From contig DATJTQ010000179.1 of NCBI GenBank assembly GCA_035503355.1, positions 1 to 58,475 on the forward strand: a stretch of 58,475 nt of DNA, read 5' to 3'. Source of the stretch: Solirubrobacteraceae bacterium. Lineage in GTDB: Bacteria; Actinomycetota; Thermoleophilia; Solirubrobacterales; Solirubrobacteraceae. Both the position numbers and the translations under genes were made by a program. The notes under the pieces were generated by a model. The model worked only from the letters and a program-made list of their open reading frames with translations. It made no database searches and was not told the DNA's origin. Below, one piece after another: positions 1-9,717 of this stretch (the stretch's first letter is position 1; every line of letters starts with the position of its first letter).

Positions 1-992
1 GGATCACCGTCATCAACATCGTCCGTCAGGCCGTTGCCACCACCCTGATCGTGGTGCTGGTGCTCGCCGGGGCGGGCGTGCTCCCGTTGCTGGCCGTCAC
101 CTTCCCCGCCGCGCTGGCCGCGCTCGCGGTGGCCGCCTGGCTGGTCCGCGGGAAGATGGCGCTGGTGCCACGGATGCGCGGCACCGATTGGTGGCCGCTG
201 GTGCTCGAGACCCTCCCCTACGCCGCCGCGGTGGCCGTCAACACGCTCTATTTCCGCATCACCATCGTGGTGATGTCGCTGGTGGCGGTGTCAGAGCAGA
301 CCGGTTATTTCGCGACCTCCTTCCGGGTCACCGAGGTCCTCATCGGAGTGCCCTCGCTGGCGATCGGAGCTGCCTTCCCGATCCTCTCGCGCGCCGCCCG
401 CGACGATCTCGATCGCTTTGCCTACGCCGGGGAGCGGGTGATCGAGCTGGCCGTCGTCGGTGGCATCGCGTTGGCTCTGGCGGTGGCGCTGAGCGCGCCG
501 TTCGTCATCGAGCTCGTCGCCGGCCCGGCGGGCAAGCCCGCAGCACCGGTCCTCGAGATCCAGGCGATCGCGCTGGCCGCGACATTTCTCACCTCGGCGG
601 GCGGGTTCCTGCTGCTCTCCATGCGCCGCCACATGGCCCTGCTGATCACCAACGGCGGCGCGCTGGTGCTCAACCTCGTGCTCACGCTGATCCTCGTCCA
701 CACCGATCAGGCTCAGGGCGGAGCCATCGCGGGCGTCCTGGCCGAAAGCGCGCTGGCCGTCAGCCTGATCGCGCTGATCGCACGGTCACACGCGGTCGCG
801 CTGAGGCCGGGGCGCCTCTCTGCCATCACCCTCGCGGGCCTGGCCGGGGCCGCCCCGCTTCTGGTCAGCGGGCTGCCCTCGCTGATCCGGTTGGTGGCCG
901 GCCTGGCCATCTACGCGGCGCTCCTGGCGGCGTTCCGTCTGATGCCGCCCGAGATCGGGCATGTCCTTCAGCGACGCAGGAGCAGCGTGTAG
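1..992 (+). CDS. Polysaccharide flippase (Wzx/MATE-like), 5'-truncated by window
   Basis: Multi-TM hydrophobic ORF with Wzx-type segment 'QTGYFATSFRVTE...AFPILSRAA'; glycan-cluster context. Confidence 0.8.
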   Translation, partial: ITVINIVRQAVATTLIVVLVLAGAGVLPLLAVTFPAALAALAVAAWLVRGKMALVPRMRGTDWWPLVLETLPYAAAVAVNTLYFRITIVVMSLVAVSEQTGYFATSFRVTEVLIGVPSLAIGAAFPILSRAARDDLDRFAYAGERVIELAVVGGIALALAVALSAPFVIELVAGPAGKPAAPVLEIQAIALAATFLTSAGGFLLLSMRRHMALLITNGGALVLNLVLTLILVHTDQAQGGAIAGVLAESALAVSLIALIARSHAVALRPGRLSAITLAGLAGAAPLLVSGLPSLIRLVAGLAIYAALLAAFRLMPPEIGHVLQRRRSSV

Positions 993-1852
993 GTGGACCC
1001 CTGGCGGTCCCGTCGCTCGATCGGCTCCGCCACCCGGGTGACGGCGGAGCCGACCAGCCGCATCCCGCCCCGCACGTAGCGCCCGCCGCCGAAGCCGGCC
1101 AGGGTTTCCCGCCAGCCGAACGCGTTCCAGTGCAGCGTGCCCTCGTCTCGGGTGGTGGCGACGGCAACCTCGAGCCCGCATGCGCGGCCCACCTCCGCGT
1201 AGGCATCGAGCGGGGCGAGGCACAGGTGGCGCGGAGCGTCGAGGTGCGTCCAGCGCCGCCCGAAGACCCGGAACTGGAACGCCTCCGGATTGGGGGCGGC
1301 GAGGGCGATGACGCCTCCCGGGGCCAGCGCGGCGGCCGCGGCCTCCAGCACCTGCCGGGGATTGGGGAGGTGCTCGATGACGTGCCACATCGCAATCACG
1401 TCATAGGGGCCCCCGGCGGCCAGCGCACGCGCCGGGTCGTCGGTCTCGTCCACGGGCACGCGGACCACCTCGCGCAGGAAGCGACAGCAGTCGGCGTCCA
1501 TCTCGATCGCGCTGGTGTCATAGCCGGCGTCCTGCATGACCGCCGCGAACCCGCCGACGGCGGGGCCGACCTCCACCAGCCGCCCAGCCGGGACGAGCGG
1601 GCGGATCAGCTCGAGCTTGTAGCGCTCGGCGCCGGCGGCGGCCACGAGCGCCGCGCGATCCTCGGGCACCGCGTAGTACTCCGCGGTGTAGTACCGGCCC
1701 AGGTCGGCGGGGACCGGGTCGAGCTGGAGGGTGCGGCACACGGTGCAGCGGTAGTAGGGAAAGTGCTCAGACGACAGGCGGCGGTTGCGATCGACGGCCA
1801 CCAGCGCCGGGACCGCAGGGCTCCCGCAGATCTTGCAGATGACCAAGGTCAT
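968..1852 (-). CDS. Class I SAM-dependent methyltransferase with N-terminal CxxC..CxxC zinc knuckle
   Basis: Start MTLVICKICG at 1852 (ATGA overlap with upstream gene); LVEVGPAVG motif I; 'DVIAMWHVIEHLPNP'. Confidence 0.85.
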   Translation of the reverse strand: MTLVICKICGSPAVPALVAVDRNRRLSSEHFPYYRCTVCRTLQLDPVPADLGRYYTAEYYAVPEDRAALVAAAGAERYKLELIRPLVPAGRLVEVGPAVGGFAAVMQDAGYDTSAIEMDADCCRFLREVVRVPVDETDDPARALAAGGPYDVIAMWHVIEHLPNPRQVLEAAAAALAPGGVIALAAPNPEAFQFRVFGRRWTHLDAPRHLCLAPLDAYAEVGRACGLEVAVATTRDEGTLHWNAFGWRETLAGFGGGRYVRGGMRLVGSAVTRVAEPIERRDRQGSTYTLLLRR

Positions 1853-3063
1853 CGCGACGGGGTGGGTGATCGCTGGGCGGGCGCGAAGCGGTCCAGGACC
1901 TCCAGCACGTCGCGGTAGCGGCCGATCTCGCGCTCCGGCTGGCGGGTCCGTCCGTACTGCCCGACCAGGCGATCGAAGACGGCGCCGCCGGCGCGGCGCA
2001 CCGGCCGCGGGGTGATCCGCAGGAGCAGACCCAGCGGCGGGCCCACCACCCGCATGACCGCGCGCTCCACCGGCCTCAGCCCAGCCTCGGCTTCGCGCAG
2101 CTCGGCGGCGCTGATGGTGCGATGCAGGTGCCGGGCCTGTTCGCAGTAGATCGCCTGCAGGCGGCGGTAGCGCGCGTAGTGCGGGCGCATGTCGGCGACG
2201 CGACCCAGCCGCCGGTAGAGCGCCTCCATGGCCAGCAGCCACGAGGTGTTGATGTTGGTGCCGGGCAGAACCACGGGGGCCAGATCGCGCCGGATCTCCG
2301 GGTCCACGCCGTCGGTGGCCAGCAGCGCCTGTGCGTCGCGCTCGCGCTTGTTGAAGTGAAAGAAGCCGTAGGAGCGCTTGGTGATGCCGATGACCACGCG
2401 CGGCCGGGGGTCCACCGCGATCCGCGCGGCCTCCGCGAACAGGAGGTTCATCGCGTAGTAGTCGGGGAACGGCGAACGATAGAAGTCGCCGCCGGCACGC
2501 AGGCGGTCGGTCACCTCCCGGCTGACCAGCACGTACTGCATGTTGAAGTCATAGAGGGCGCGGAAGTCGGCCGCCGCGCGGGCCAGCCCGCGCGCCTGCG
2601 CCTGGGCCAGCATGAACGGCGCGTCGGCCCCGGCGAAGAAGGGAGCGTGCAGATTGGGCTGCAGCCAGCCGCCGGGAGCGTCGGGGAGCACCCCTGGATA
2701 GGCATAGAGGTAGGCACCGGTGTAGATGGCATCAGGGCGCCCGAAGCGCTCGATCAACTGGCGCTGGCCCGACAGATAGTCTCCGAGCAGCGCGTCGTCG
2801 TCGCCGAGCATCACCACGTAGTCGCCCCGGCTGTGGCGCAACGCGTTGTTCCAGTTCTCGGTCACCGGCACAAAGCGTTCGGTCCGTACATAGCGCACCC
2901 GTTCGTCGCCGAGGCCCTGCACGAAGCCGGCGATGTCGTCGGTCGAGGCGTTGTCGGAGACGATGAGCTCCCAGTCCTCCTCGTCCTGGCGCTGGACCGA
3001 TTCGACGGCGAAGCGGAGATATTCGAGGCGGTCGTGGGTGGGAAGGAGCACGGAGAAGAGCAT
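1849..3063 (-). CDS. Glycosyltransferase family 2
   Basis: FSVLLPTHDR, LIVSDNASTD, VVMLGDDD GT-A motifs. Confidence 0.88.
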   Translation of the reverse strand: MLFSVLLPTHDRLEYLRFAVESVQRQDEEDWELIVSDNASTDDIAGFVQGLGDERVRYVRTERFVPVTENWNNALRHSRGDYVVMLGDDDALLGDYLSGQRQLIERFGRPDAIYTGAYLYAYPGVLPDAPGGWLQPNLHAPFFAGADAPFMLAQAQARGLARAAADFRALYDFNMQYVLVSREVTDRLRAGGDFYRSPFPDYYAMNLLFAEAARIAVDPRPRVVIGITKRSYGFFHFNKRERDAQALLATDGVDPEIRRDLAPVVLPGTNINTSWLLAMEALYRRLGRVADMRPHYARYRRLQAIYCEQARHLHRTISAAELREAEAGLRPVERAVMRVVGPPLGLLLRITPRPVRRAGGAVFDRLVGQYGRTRQPEREIGRYRDVLEVLDRFAPAQRSPTPSR

Positions 3064-3093
3064 GGCGGGGTGCCATTCTCACAGGCTCGTTTG

Positions 3094-4014
3094 ATGAAGC
3101 TTGCCCTCATCCACCTCGTGCGCCGTGCAAACGGCCCCGCTCCGCTCCAGCGTTTCCTGGATTCCTACGCCGGGCACCGGCCCGGCATCGACCATGAGCT
3201 GGTGCTGGCCCTCAAGGGATTCGATGGCCCGGCGGACGCGGCGGAGTCGGTCGCGGCGGCGCGCCGACGGGGACTGGATCCCGGGTACGTCCTCCTCCCC
3301 GACGACGGCCTGGACCTGACGGCCTACGCGCGCGTGGTCGCGACGGTGCCCGCGGATCGGTACTGCTTCACCAACTCGTACTCGCGCGTCCTCGCCGACG
3401 ACTGGCTGGCCCATCTGGACCGCGCTCTTCAGGACCCGACGGTGCATGTCGCGGGCGCCACCGGATCGTGGGCCAGCCATCAGGACTACCGGCGCTACCA
3501 CCTGCACCTGTCCAGCGGCTACGACACGGTGTTCGCCGGCCGCGAACCGACCCGTCAGGGCTTTTTGGCGCTCACGCGCCGCCATCTCCCCGACAAGCGC
3601 GACCACGGCCGTGTCGCCTTCAAGCTCGCCGCCGCCGCGGACATGGTGCGCGATCGCGGCGCCTTCGCCTCCTTCCCGTCGGCGCACCTGCGCACCAACG
3701 CGTTCGCCGCCCGGCGCGAGCTCCTCACGGCCCTCGAGCTCCCGCGCATCCGCGGCAAGCGCGATGCGTACCGGTGGGAGAGCGGGAGGTCGGGCTTCAC
3801 GCGGCGGGTGCTCGAATCCGGTGGGCGCGTGGTGGTGGTGGCCCGCGACGGCTCGCTGTACGACCCCGGCGCCTGGCCCCGGAGCCTCACCTTCTGGTCA
3901 GGCGAGCAGGAGAACCTGTTGGTGGCCGACAACCAGACCGAGGAGTACCAGGCAGCCGGCCCCCCGGGCCGGGAGCTGCTCAGCGCCCTCGCCTGGGGAG
4001 AACGGCCGACATGA
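3094..4014 (+). CDS. Hypothetical protein, probable GT-A-like glycan-modifying enzyme (paralog of 6463-7278)
   Basis: ATG 3094 MKLALIHLV; shares GLDL.AY, CF.N.S.VLADDWL, GATGSW, HLRTNAF, NLLVADN.T with 6463-7278. Confidence 0.7.
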   Translation: MKLALIHLVRRANGPAPLQRFLDSYAGHRPGIDHELVLALKGFDGPADAAESVAAARRRGLDPGYVLLPDDGLDLTAYARVVATVPADRYCFTNSYSRVLADDWLAHLDRALQDPTVHVAGATGSWASHQDYRRYHLHLSSGYDTVFAGREPTRQGFLALTRRHLPDKRDHGRVAFKLAAAADMVRDRGAFASFPSAHLRTNAFAARRELLTALELPRIRGKRDAYRWESGRSGFTRRVLESGGRVVVVARDGSLYDPGAWPRSLTFWSGEQENLLVADNQTEEYQAAGPPGRELLSALAWGERPT

Positions 4015-4086
4015 GGGTGCGCCCCGCGTCGCCCGCGCTCCTGGGCGGTCGGCCCGCCCTGCCCAGCTCGCACTAGCCTTCGCCCG

Positions 4087-4626
4087 GTGATTTTCACCGA
4101 GACGTCGATCGTCGGCGCCTATGTGATCGAGCCCGAGCCGGCCAGCGACGATCGCGGGCTCTTTGCCCGCACCTTCGACGCCGAGGAGTTCTCCCGCCGC
4201 GGCATGGATGGTCGCGTCAGCCAGTGCAACACGTCCGTCAACCGGCGCGTGGGCACGCTGCGCGGCCTGCACTACCAGGTCGCGCCGCACGGAGAGGCCA
4301 AGCTGGTGCGCTGCACGCGGGGCGCCATCTACGACGTGGCCGTCGATCTCCGCGCCGAGTCGCCGACCTACCTGCGCTGGTTCGGCGCGGAGCTGACCGG
4401 CGAGAACCGCCATGCCTTCTTCATTCCCGACGGCTGCGCCCACGGCTTTCAGACCCTGGCGGAGGACAGCGAGATCCTCTACCAGATGTCCACGCCCTAC
4501 GTTCCCGGCTCCGGCGCCGGCGTGCGCTGGGATGACCCCGCCTTCGGCATCCGGTGGCCCGACCCGCCCCCCGGCGGCCGGATCATGTCCGAACGCGACG
4601 CCGAGTACCCGGACTTCGCGGCGTGA
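4087..4626 (+). CDS. rmlC: dTDP-4-dehydrorhamnose 3,5-epimerase
   Basis: DDRGLFAR, GTLRGLHYQ, KLVRCTRGAIYDVAVDLR, AHGFQTL. Confidence 0.95.
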   Translation: MIFTETSIVGAYVIEPEPASDDRGLFARTFDAEEFSRRGMDGRVSQCNTSVNRRVGTLRGLHYQVAPHGEAKLVRCTRGAIYDVAVDLRAESPTYLRWFGAELTGENRHAFFIPDGCAHGFQTLAEDSEILYQMSTPYVPGSGAGVRWDDPAFGIRWPDPPPGGRIMSERDAEYPDFAA

Positions 4627-5531
4627 CCCGGGTCCTCGTCACCGGGGCCAGCGGGTTCATCGGACGGGGGACTCTGCAGCCACTGCTGGATGCCGGGGCC
4701 GAGGTCCACGCGCTGAGCTCGCGGCCCGCGGCGAGCGACGCGACGCCCGGCGTCCGCTGGCACCAGCATGACCTGCTGGATCCCGCGAGCGCGCCGGCCA
4801 TCGCGGCACTGGAGGCCACCCACCTGCTCCACCTCGCCTGGACGACCCAGCCAGGCCGGTTCTGGACGTCTCCGGACAACCTCGACTGGCTGGAGGCCAG
4901 CCTGCGCCTGACCCGCGCCTTCACGCGCGGCGGCGGTCGGCGGATGGTGATGGCGGGGACGTGCGCGGAGTACGAATGGAGCGCCGACACCCACTGCGTG
5001 GAGCGGGCGACGCCGACCCGGCCGGCGACGCTCTATGGGACCGCCAAGGACGCGCTGCACCACACCGTGGCGACATTCGCGGCGCAGGAGAGCCTGTCGA
5101 TGGCGTGGGGGCGCGTCTTCTTCGCCTACGGCCCTCACGAGCAGCGCGGGCGGCTGGCCAGCTCGGTAGCCGAGTCGCTGCTGCGCGGCGAGGTCGCGCA
5201 ATGCTCGCTGGGGGAGCAGGTCCGTGACTTCCTCTATGCCCCGGAGCTGGCCGAGGCGTTCGCGGCGCTCCTGCTCTCCGACGTCGAGGGCCCCGTCAAC
5301 ATGGCATCCGGCCTCCCCCTCCCCGTCCGCGACCTGATCACGGCCATCGCCCGGGCGGCCGGCCGGCCCGAGCTGGTGGCGCTCGGAGCTCGGCCCACCT
5401 CGCCCGACGAGCCCGCCCGCCTCACCGCTGACGTCAGCCGCCTGCGCGATGAGGTCGGCTGGGCACCGCACCTGTCGCTTGACGAGGCCGCCGAGCGGAC
5501 GGTGGCGTGGTGGCGCCGGCAGCTGGGATGA
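4623..5531 (+). CDS. NAD-dependent epimerase/dehydratase (extended SDR)
   Basis: GTG 4623 overlapping rmlC stop; VTGASGFIG; YGTAK catalytic YxxxK. Confidence 0.9.
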   Translation: MTRVLVTGASGFIGRGTLQPLLDAGAEVHALSSRPAASDATPGVRWHQHDLLDPASAPAIAALEATHLLHLAWTTQPGRFWTSPDNLDWLEASLRLTRAFTRGGGRRMVMAGTCAEYEWSADTHCVERATPTRPATLYGTAKDALHHTVATFAAQESLSMAWGRVFFAYGPHEQRGRLASSVAESLLRGEVAQCSLGEQVRDFLYAPELAEAFAALLLSDVEGPVNMASGLPLPVRDLITAIARAAGRPELVALGARPTSPDEPARLTADVSRLRDEVGWAPHLSLDEAAERTVAWWRRQLG

Positions 5532-6481
5532 CGCCCGCCATCGACGTCGCGATCGTGGCCTACCGGCGGTGGGACCTGACCACCAGCTGCCTGGACCACC
5601 TGGCACGCCAGACCGTCGATCACCACGTCATCCTGTGCGACAACGGCTGTGACGAGGGGACCGCCGACCGAACGCGTGAGCACTATCCCGACGTCGAGGT
5701 GATCCGGCTGGAGCGCAACATGCCGTATCCGGTGGCCTGCAACGCCGCCGTCGGCGCCGGGCGACGCGAGCTGGTGGTGATGATGAACAACGACGTCGAT
5801 GCCCGGCCGGACTTCCTGGAGCGCCTGACCGCGCCCCTGACCGCCGACGCGAGGGTGGGATCCGTGGCCGGCCTGCTTCTGCGCCCCGGGGAGGCGGTGA
5901 TCGACAGCGTCGGGTTGGTCGCTGACCCGATCCTGGCCGGCTTTGCCCGCCACCAGGGGCGCCCCTCGGCCGCCGCGCCGCTCACGGACACGCTGGTCAC
6001 CGGGCCGGCGGGGGCCGCCGCCGCCTTCCGGCGCGCGGCGTGGGACGAGGTCGGCGGCATGGATGAGCACATTCCGGCCTACATGGAGGACTTCGAGCTG
6101 GGGCTGCGGCTGCGCCACGCCGGGTGGTCCGCGGCGGTCGCGCTCGACGCCGTGGCCGTGCACATCGGTGGCGCCACCTTCGGCCATCGCTCCTCCGGGC
6201 AGCGCTGGCGCTCGGGGTACGCGCGCGGCTATCTGCTGCGCCGCTACGGCCTGCTGTCGGCGCGGACGGCCCCGCGGGCGCTGGCCACCGAGGCGATCGT
6301 CGCCGCCGGCGACCTGGTGATCTCCCGCGACGCCGCCGCGGCACGGGGCCGGCTGGCCGGGTGGCGGTCGGCCCGCGGGCTGCCACGGCGACCGTGGCCG
6401 CCCGCCGACGCGATCGACGGGCGCATCGGGTTCCTCGACTCGCTGCGCCGCCGGCGCGGCGCCTACGCCGGGACGCCCTGA
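5528..6481 (+). CDS. Glycosyltransferase family 2 (WbbL/rhamnosyltransferase-like)
   Basis: VAIVAYRR, CDNGCDEGT, MNNDV, GGMDE..AYMEDFELGLR. Confidence 0.88.
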   Translation: MTPAIDVAIVAYRRWDLTTSCLDHLARQTVDHHVILCDNGCDEGTADRTREHYPDVEVIRLERNMPYPVACNAAVGAGRRELVVMMNNDVDARPDFLERLTAPLTADARVGSVAGLLLRPGEAVIDSVGLVADPILAGFARHQGRPSAAAPLTDTLVTGPAGAAAAFRRAAWDEVGGMDEHIPAYMEDFELGLRLRHAGWSAAVALDAVAVHIGGATFGHRSSGQRWRSGYARGYLLRRYGLLSARTAPRALATEAIVAAGDLVISRDAAAARGRLAGWRSARGLPRRPWPPADAIDGRIGFLDSLRRRRGAYAGTP

Positions 6482-7278
6482 CCGAGCGCCGAGGGCGCCA
6501 TCGACCCGGGGGGATCGCCCCAGGCCAACCGGGTCAGCCGCCGGCGCCGGCGGCCCGTGGCCTCGCTGAACTGGCGGGTGCGGTTGTCGGCCACCAGCAG
6601 GTTGTCCTGGCCGGCCCGACGGAAGGTGCCGCTCGCCGCCCACCGCTCGCGCGGGTAGGCCACCCCGTCGCGCCCCACCACCACGGGCTGCAGGCCTCGC
6701 TGCTCGATCTGGCGGGTGAGGCTGCGCATGCCGGACTCCAGCTCCCAGGCCTGTCCCTTGGTGAACACCGCGGGCCACCACAGCTCGTGCAGGGTCTCGC
6801 GCCGCAGCAGGAAGGCGTTGGTGCGCAGATGGGGGTTGGGGAAGGCCGGATAGCGCCCGCGACGGAGCAGCCGTCGCGGCCCGCGCGAGCCTGACAGCGG
6901 GCTCTCCCACGACCCCGTCGCCCCCACGATGCCCACCTCGCCGGTCAGGTGGCGCGCCAACAGCCCGAGCCAGTCATCGGCCAGCACCACGCTCGAGGTG
7001 TTGAGAAAGCAGAGAACGTCACCCGACACGAGGTCGGCCGCGCGGCGATAGGACACGAGATCGAGGCCGTCCGGGGGAATGTGCAGCTGCATGTCGGCGA
7101 CGCCGGCCAGGAGGGCCTGCGCGGCCTCGAGCGCCTCGGGCTGCTCCTCAAACCCCTTCCAGACGACCGCCAGCCGGTGGTCGGCGCCCGCGGGGTGCCG
7201 CGCCAGCGAGGCGGCGAACTGCTCCAGCGGCGAACTGCCCGCCCCGGCCCAGGCGAGATAGACGACGGTGATCTCCAC
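6463..7278 (-). CDS. Hypothetical protein, paralog of 3094-4014
   Basis: Likely GTG start 7278 (VEITVVYLAW); shared HLRTNAF and DNLLVADNRT motifs. Confidence 0.7.
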   Translation of the reverse strand: MEITVVYLAWAGAGSSPLEQFAASLARHPAGADHRLAVVWKGFEEQPEALEAAQALLAGVADMQLHIPPDGLDLVSYRRAADLVSGDVLCFLNTSSVVLADDWLGLLARHLTGEVGIVGATGSWESPLSGSRGPRRLLRRGRYPAFPNPHLRTNAFLLRRETLHELWWPAVFTKGQAWELESGMRSLTRQIEQRGLQPVVVGRDGVAYPRERWAASGTFRRAGQDNLLVADNRTRQFSEATGRRRRRLTRLAWGDPPGSMAPSALGQGVPA

Positions 7279-7358
7279 GCCGGCGGGATGATCGCAAAGC
7301 CGCAACCACGCGGGGCGCGAGGTCAAGCCGGTGAGGCCCACCGGGTTACCCTCGCCGC

Positions 7359-8489
7359 ATGCATATCGGCCTCAATCTGGTCTATCTGACGCCGCGCGCC
7401 ACCGGGGGGACCGAGACGGTCGCCCGCGAGCTCATCCCCGAGCTGGTGGCCGCCGCGCCCGAGCACCGGTTCACCGCGTTCGTCAACCGCGACACGATCG
7501 GGACCCCGGGGCCATGGTCGGATCTCATCGACGCCGTCGAGGTGCCGGTCCACGCGCTCAATCGCGTCCAATGGGTCCGCGGCGAGCAGCAGTTGTTGCC
7601 GCCGCTGGCGCACCGGGCGGGCATCGATCTCCTGCACAGCCTGGCCAACACCTCGCCGGTGTGGGGCCGCTTTCGCCGCGTGGTGACGATCCACGACCTC
7701 ATCTACCACGTCGTGCCCGAGTCGCGCGTGGGGCTGCGGTCGCGCGGCATGCGCGTCCTCGTGCCACTGGCCGCGCGACGCTGCCAGCGGATCATCGTCG
7801 ACGCCGCGGCCACGCGGGCCGACCTGGAGCGCCTGGTGGGGATCGCACCCTCCCGCGTCGACGTGGTGCCGCTCGGATTCGGGCGGCCGGGCGCCGGGAT
7901 CGACCCCATGCCCGAGGCGGCGCTGCGCGAGCGGCTGGGCGCGGGGGAGCGGCCGATCGTGCTCAGCGCCTCGGCCAAGCTCCCGCACAAGAACCTCCGG
8001 CGCCTCATCGAGGCCGTGGCGCTCCTGCCGGCACCGCGGCCGCTGCTGGTCTTACCCGGCTACCCCACTCCCCACGAGAGCCAGCTGACCGAGCACGCCG
8101 CGCAGCTGGGGGTCTCCGGCGACGTGAAGATGCTGGGGTGGGTCTCCGATGAGGAGCTCGAGGGGCTCTACGCCGCCGCGGCCGCCTTTGTCTTCCCCTC
8201 GCTGTACGAGGGGTTCGGGCTGCCGGTGCTCGAGGCGATGGCGCGCGGGGTGCCGGTGGCCTGCTCTGACCGGGGATCGCTGGCCGAGGTGAGCGGCGAC
8301 GCCGCGCTGAACTTCGATCCCGAGTCGGTGCCCGCGATCAGCGGGGCGATCCGGACGCTGCTGCAGGATCCGGCGGCCGCCGAGCGATTGCGCGAGCTGG
8401 GGCGCGCCCGGGCGGCGCGGTACACGTGGCGCGCCGCCGCCGAGGGCACCCTGGCCAGCTACGAGCGCGCGGTGCGGTCAGCCTCGTAG
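7359..8489 (+). CDS. Glycosyltransferase family 4 (GT-B)
   Basis: VVTIHDL, PHKN, FPSLYEGFGLPVLEAMARG. Confidence 0.93.
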   Translation: MHIGLNLVYLTPRATGGTETVARELIPELVAAAPEHRFTAFVNRDTIGTPGPWSDLIDAVEVPVHALNRVQWVRGEQQLLPPLAHRAGIDLLHSLANTSPVWGRFRRVVTIHDLIYHVVPESRVGLRSRGMRVLVPLAARRCQRIIVDAAATRADLERLVGIAPSRVDVVPLGFGRPGAGIDPMPEAALRERLGAGERPIVLSASAKLPHKNLRRLIEAVALLPAPRPLLVLPGYPTPHESQLTEHAAQLGVSGDVKMLGWVSDEELEGLYAAAAAFVFPSLYEGFGLPVLEAMARGVPVACSDRGSLAEVSGDAALNFDPESVPAISGAIRTLLQDPAAAERLRELGRARAARYTWRAAAEGTLASYERAVRSAS

Positions 8490-9622
8490 GCGTCGTGGAC
8501 GATCTGGAGCGAATGCTCCAGCGAGAGGCGGTCCACGTTGCGCGCAAACCACGCCGCGGTCCGCCGGCGCAGGTCCGGGCCGGCATCGTGGACGCGGACG
8601 ATGGCCTCGGCGAGCGCTGCCGGCTCCGCGGACGGCGCCACGTAGCCGTTCTCGCCCTCGTTGACGAGCTCAACGGCAGCGTTGTCAGGATCGGCGACGA
8701 CGATGCTGGGGGTTCCGCGAGCCGCGGCCTCGATCACCACCAGCCCGTAGCCCTCGCGACGCGAGGGCAACAGCAGGCACATCGCCCGGCTCATGAGGTC
8801 CTCCACCACCGCGGTCTCCACGAATCCGGGCACCTCGATGATGTCCCCGAGGCCCTCTCGAGCCACCCGTCGCGCGACCTCGTTGCGATCGGGACCGTCG
8901 CCGAGGATGACCGCGTGGAGGGCCGGGATCCGCTCACGGGCCAACCCGACCGCCGGGGGGATCGCCGGCACCTGCTTCTCGGGGATGTGACGACCGGCAA
9001 AGAGCACCAGTGGCGTGTCCACGTGCTCGGTGACCGGGAGGTCACGCGGGCCGGCGTACTCGCCGGGAAGGATGGTGACCTCCCCGCGCAGCCCCTCGGC
9101 CCGCAGGCGCGCCGCGTGCAGCCGTGAGAAGCAGAACGCGCGCTGGCGGACGCGGGCGCAGCACCGCTGCACCAGCCAGCCGACGTCGCCGGCCACTCGG
9201 CCCAGGTAGGCGCGCCAGTAGCTGCGGGTCCACACCTCGTGCCAGTCGGCGAACACGTGATAGCGCCCGCGGGGCCGCATGACGGCGGCGGCCAGCAACG
9301 AGAAGTACGGGAACGACGCGGTGTGCACCACGTCATAGCGCCGGCCGTGGCGCGCGAGGTGCAACAACACGCCCACACCGAACACGAGCGGGGGCAGGAT
9401 CCGCCGCTGGCCAGGGCCTGAGTACAGCTTCATCCGCGGCCCCACCACCCGCACGTCGACCCCCCTGACGCCATGCGGGGTGCCGCGATCCCATTGGCGC
9501 AGCGTCAGGTAGGTAACCTCGTGGCCGTCAGCGGCGAGGCGTTCGGCCAGGCTCCGGTACCAACGTTCGGCGCCGCCCACGGTATGCGGGAACAAGCAGT
9601 CATAGACCAGACAGATGCGCAT
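8459..9622 (-). CDS. Glycosyltransferase family 4
   Basis: GGAERW, FAGRHIPEK, PSRREGYGLVVIEAAARG. Confidence 0.92.
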   Translation of the reverse strand: MRICLVYDCLFPHTVGGAERWYRSLAERLAADGHEVTYLTLRQWDRGTPHGVRGVDVRVVGPRMKLYSGPGQRRILPPLVFGVGVLLHLARHGRRYDVVHTASFPYFSLLAAAVMRPRGRYHVFADWHEVWTRSYWRAYLGRVAGDVGWLVQRCCARVRQRAFCFSRLHAARLRAEGLRGEVTILPGEYAGPRDLPVTEHVDTPLVLFAGRHIPEKQVPAIPPAVGLARERIPALHAVILGDGPDRNEVARRVAREGLGDIIEVPGFVETAVVEDLMSRAMCLLLPSRREGYGLVVIEAAARGTPSIVVADPDNAAVELVNEGENGYVAPSAEPAALAEAIVRVHDAGPDLRRRTAAWFARNVDRLSLEHSLQIVHDAYEADRTARS

Positions 9623-9717
9623 GATCAGCCCCAGATTTCCATATCCTGGACCGGGGAACCCTCCAAGTGCGCAACCTTCGGCGATCCTGATCGTTGGAGA
9701 AGGGTGCGCCTGATCCT

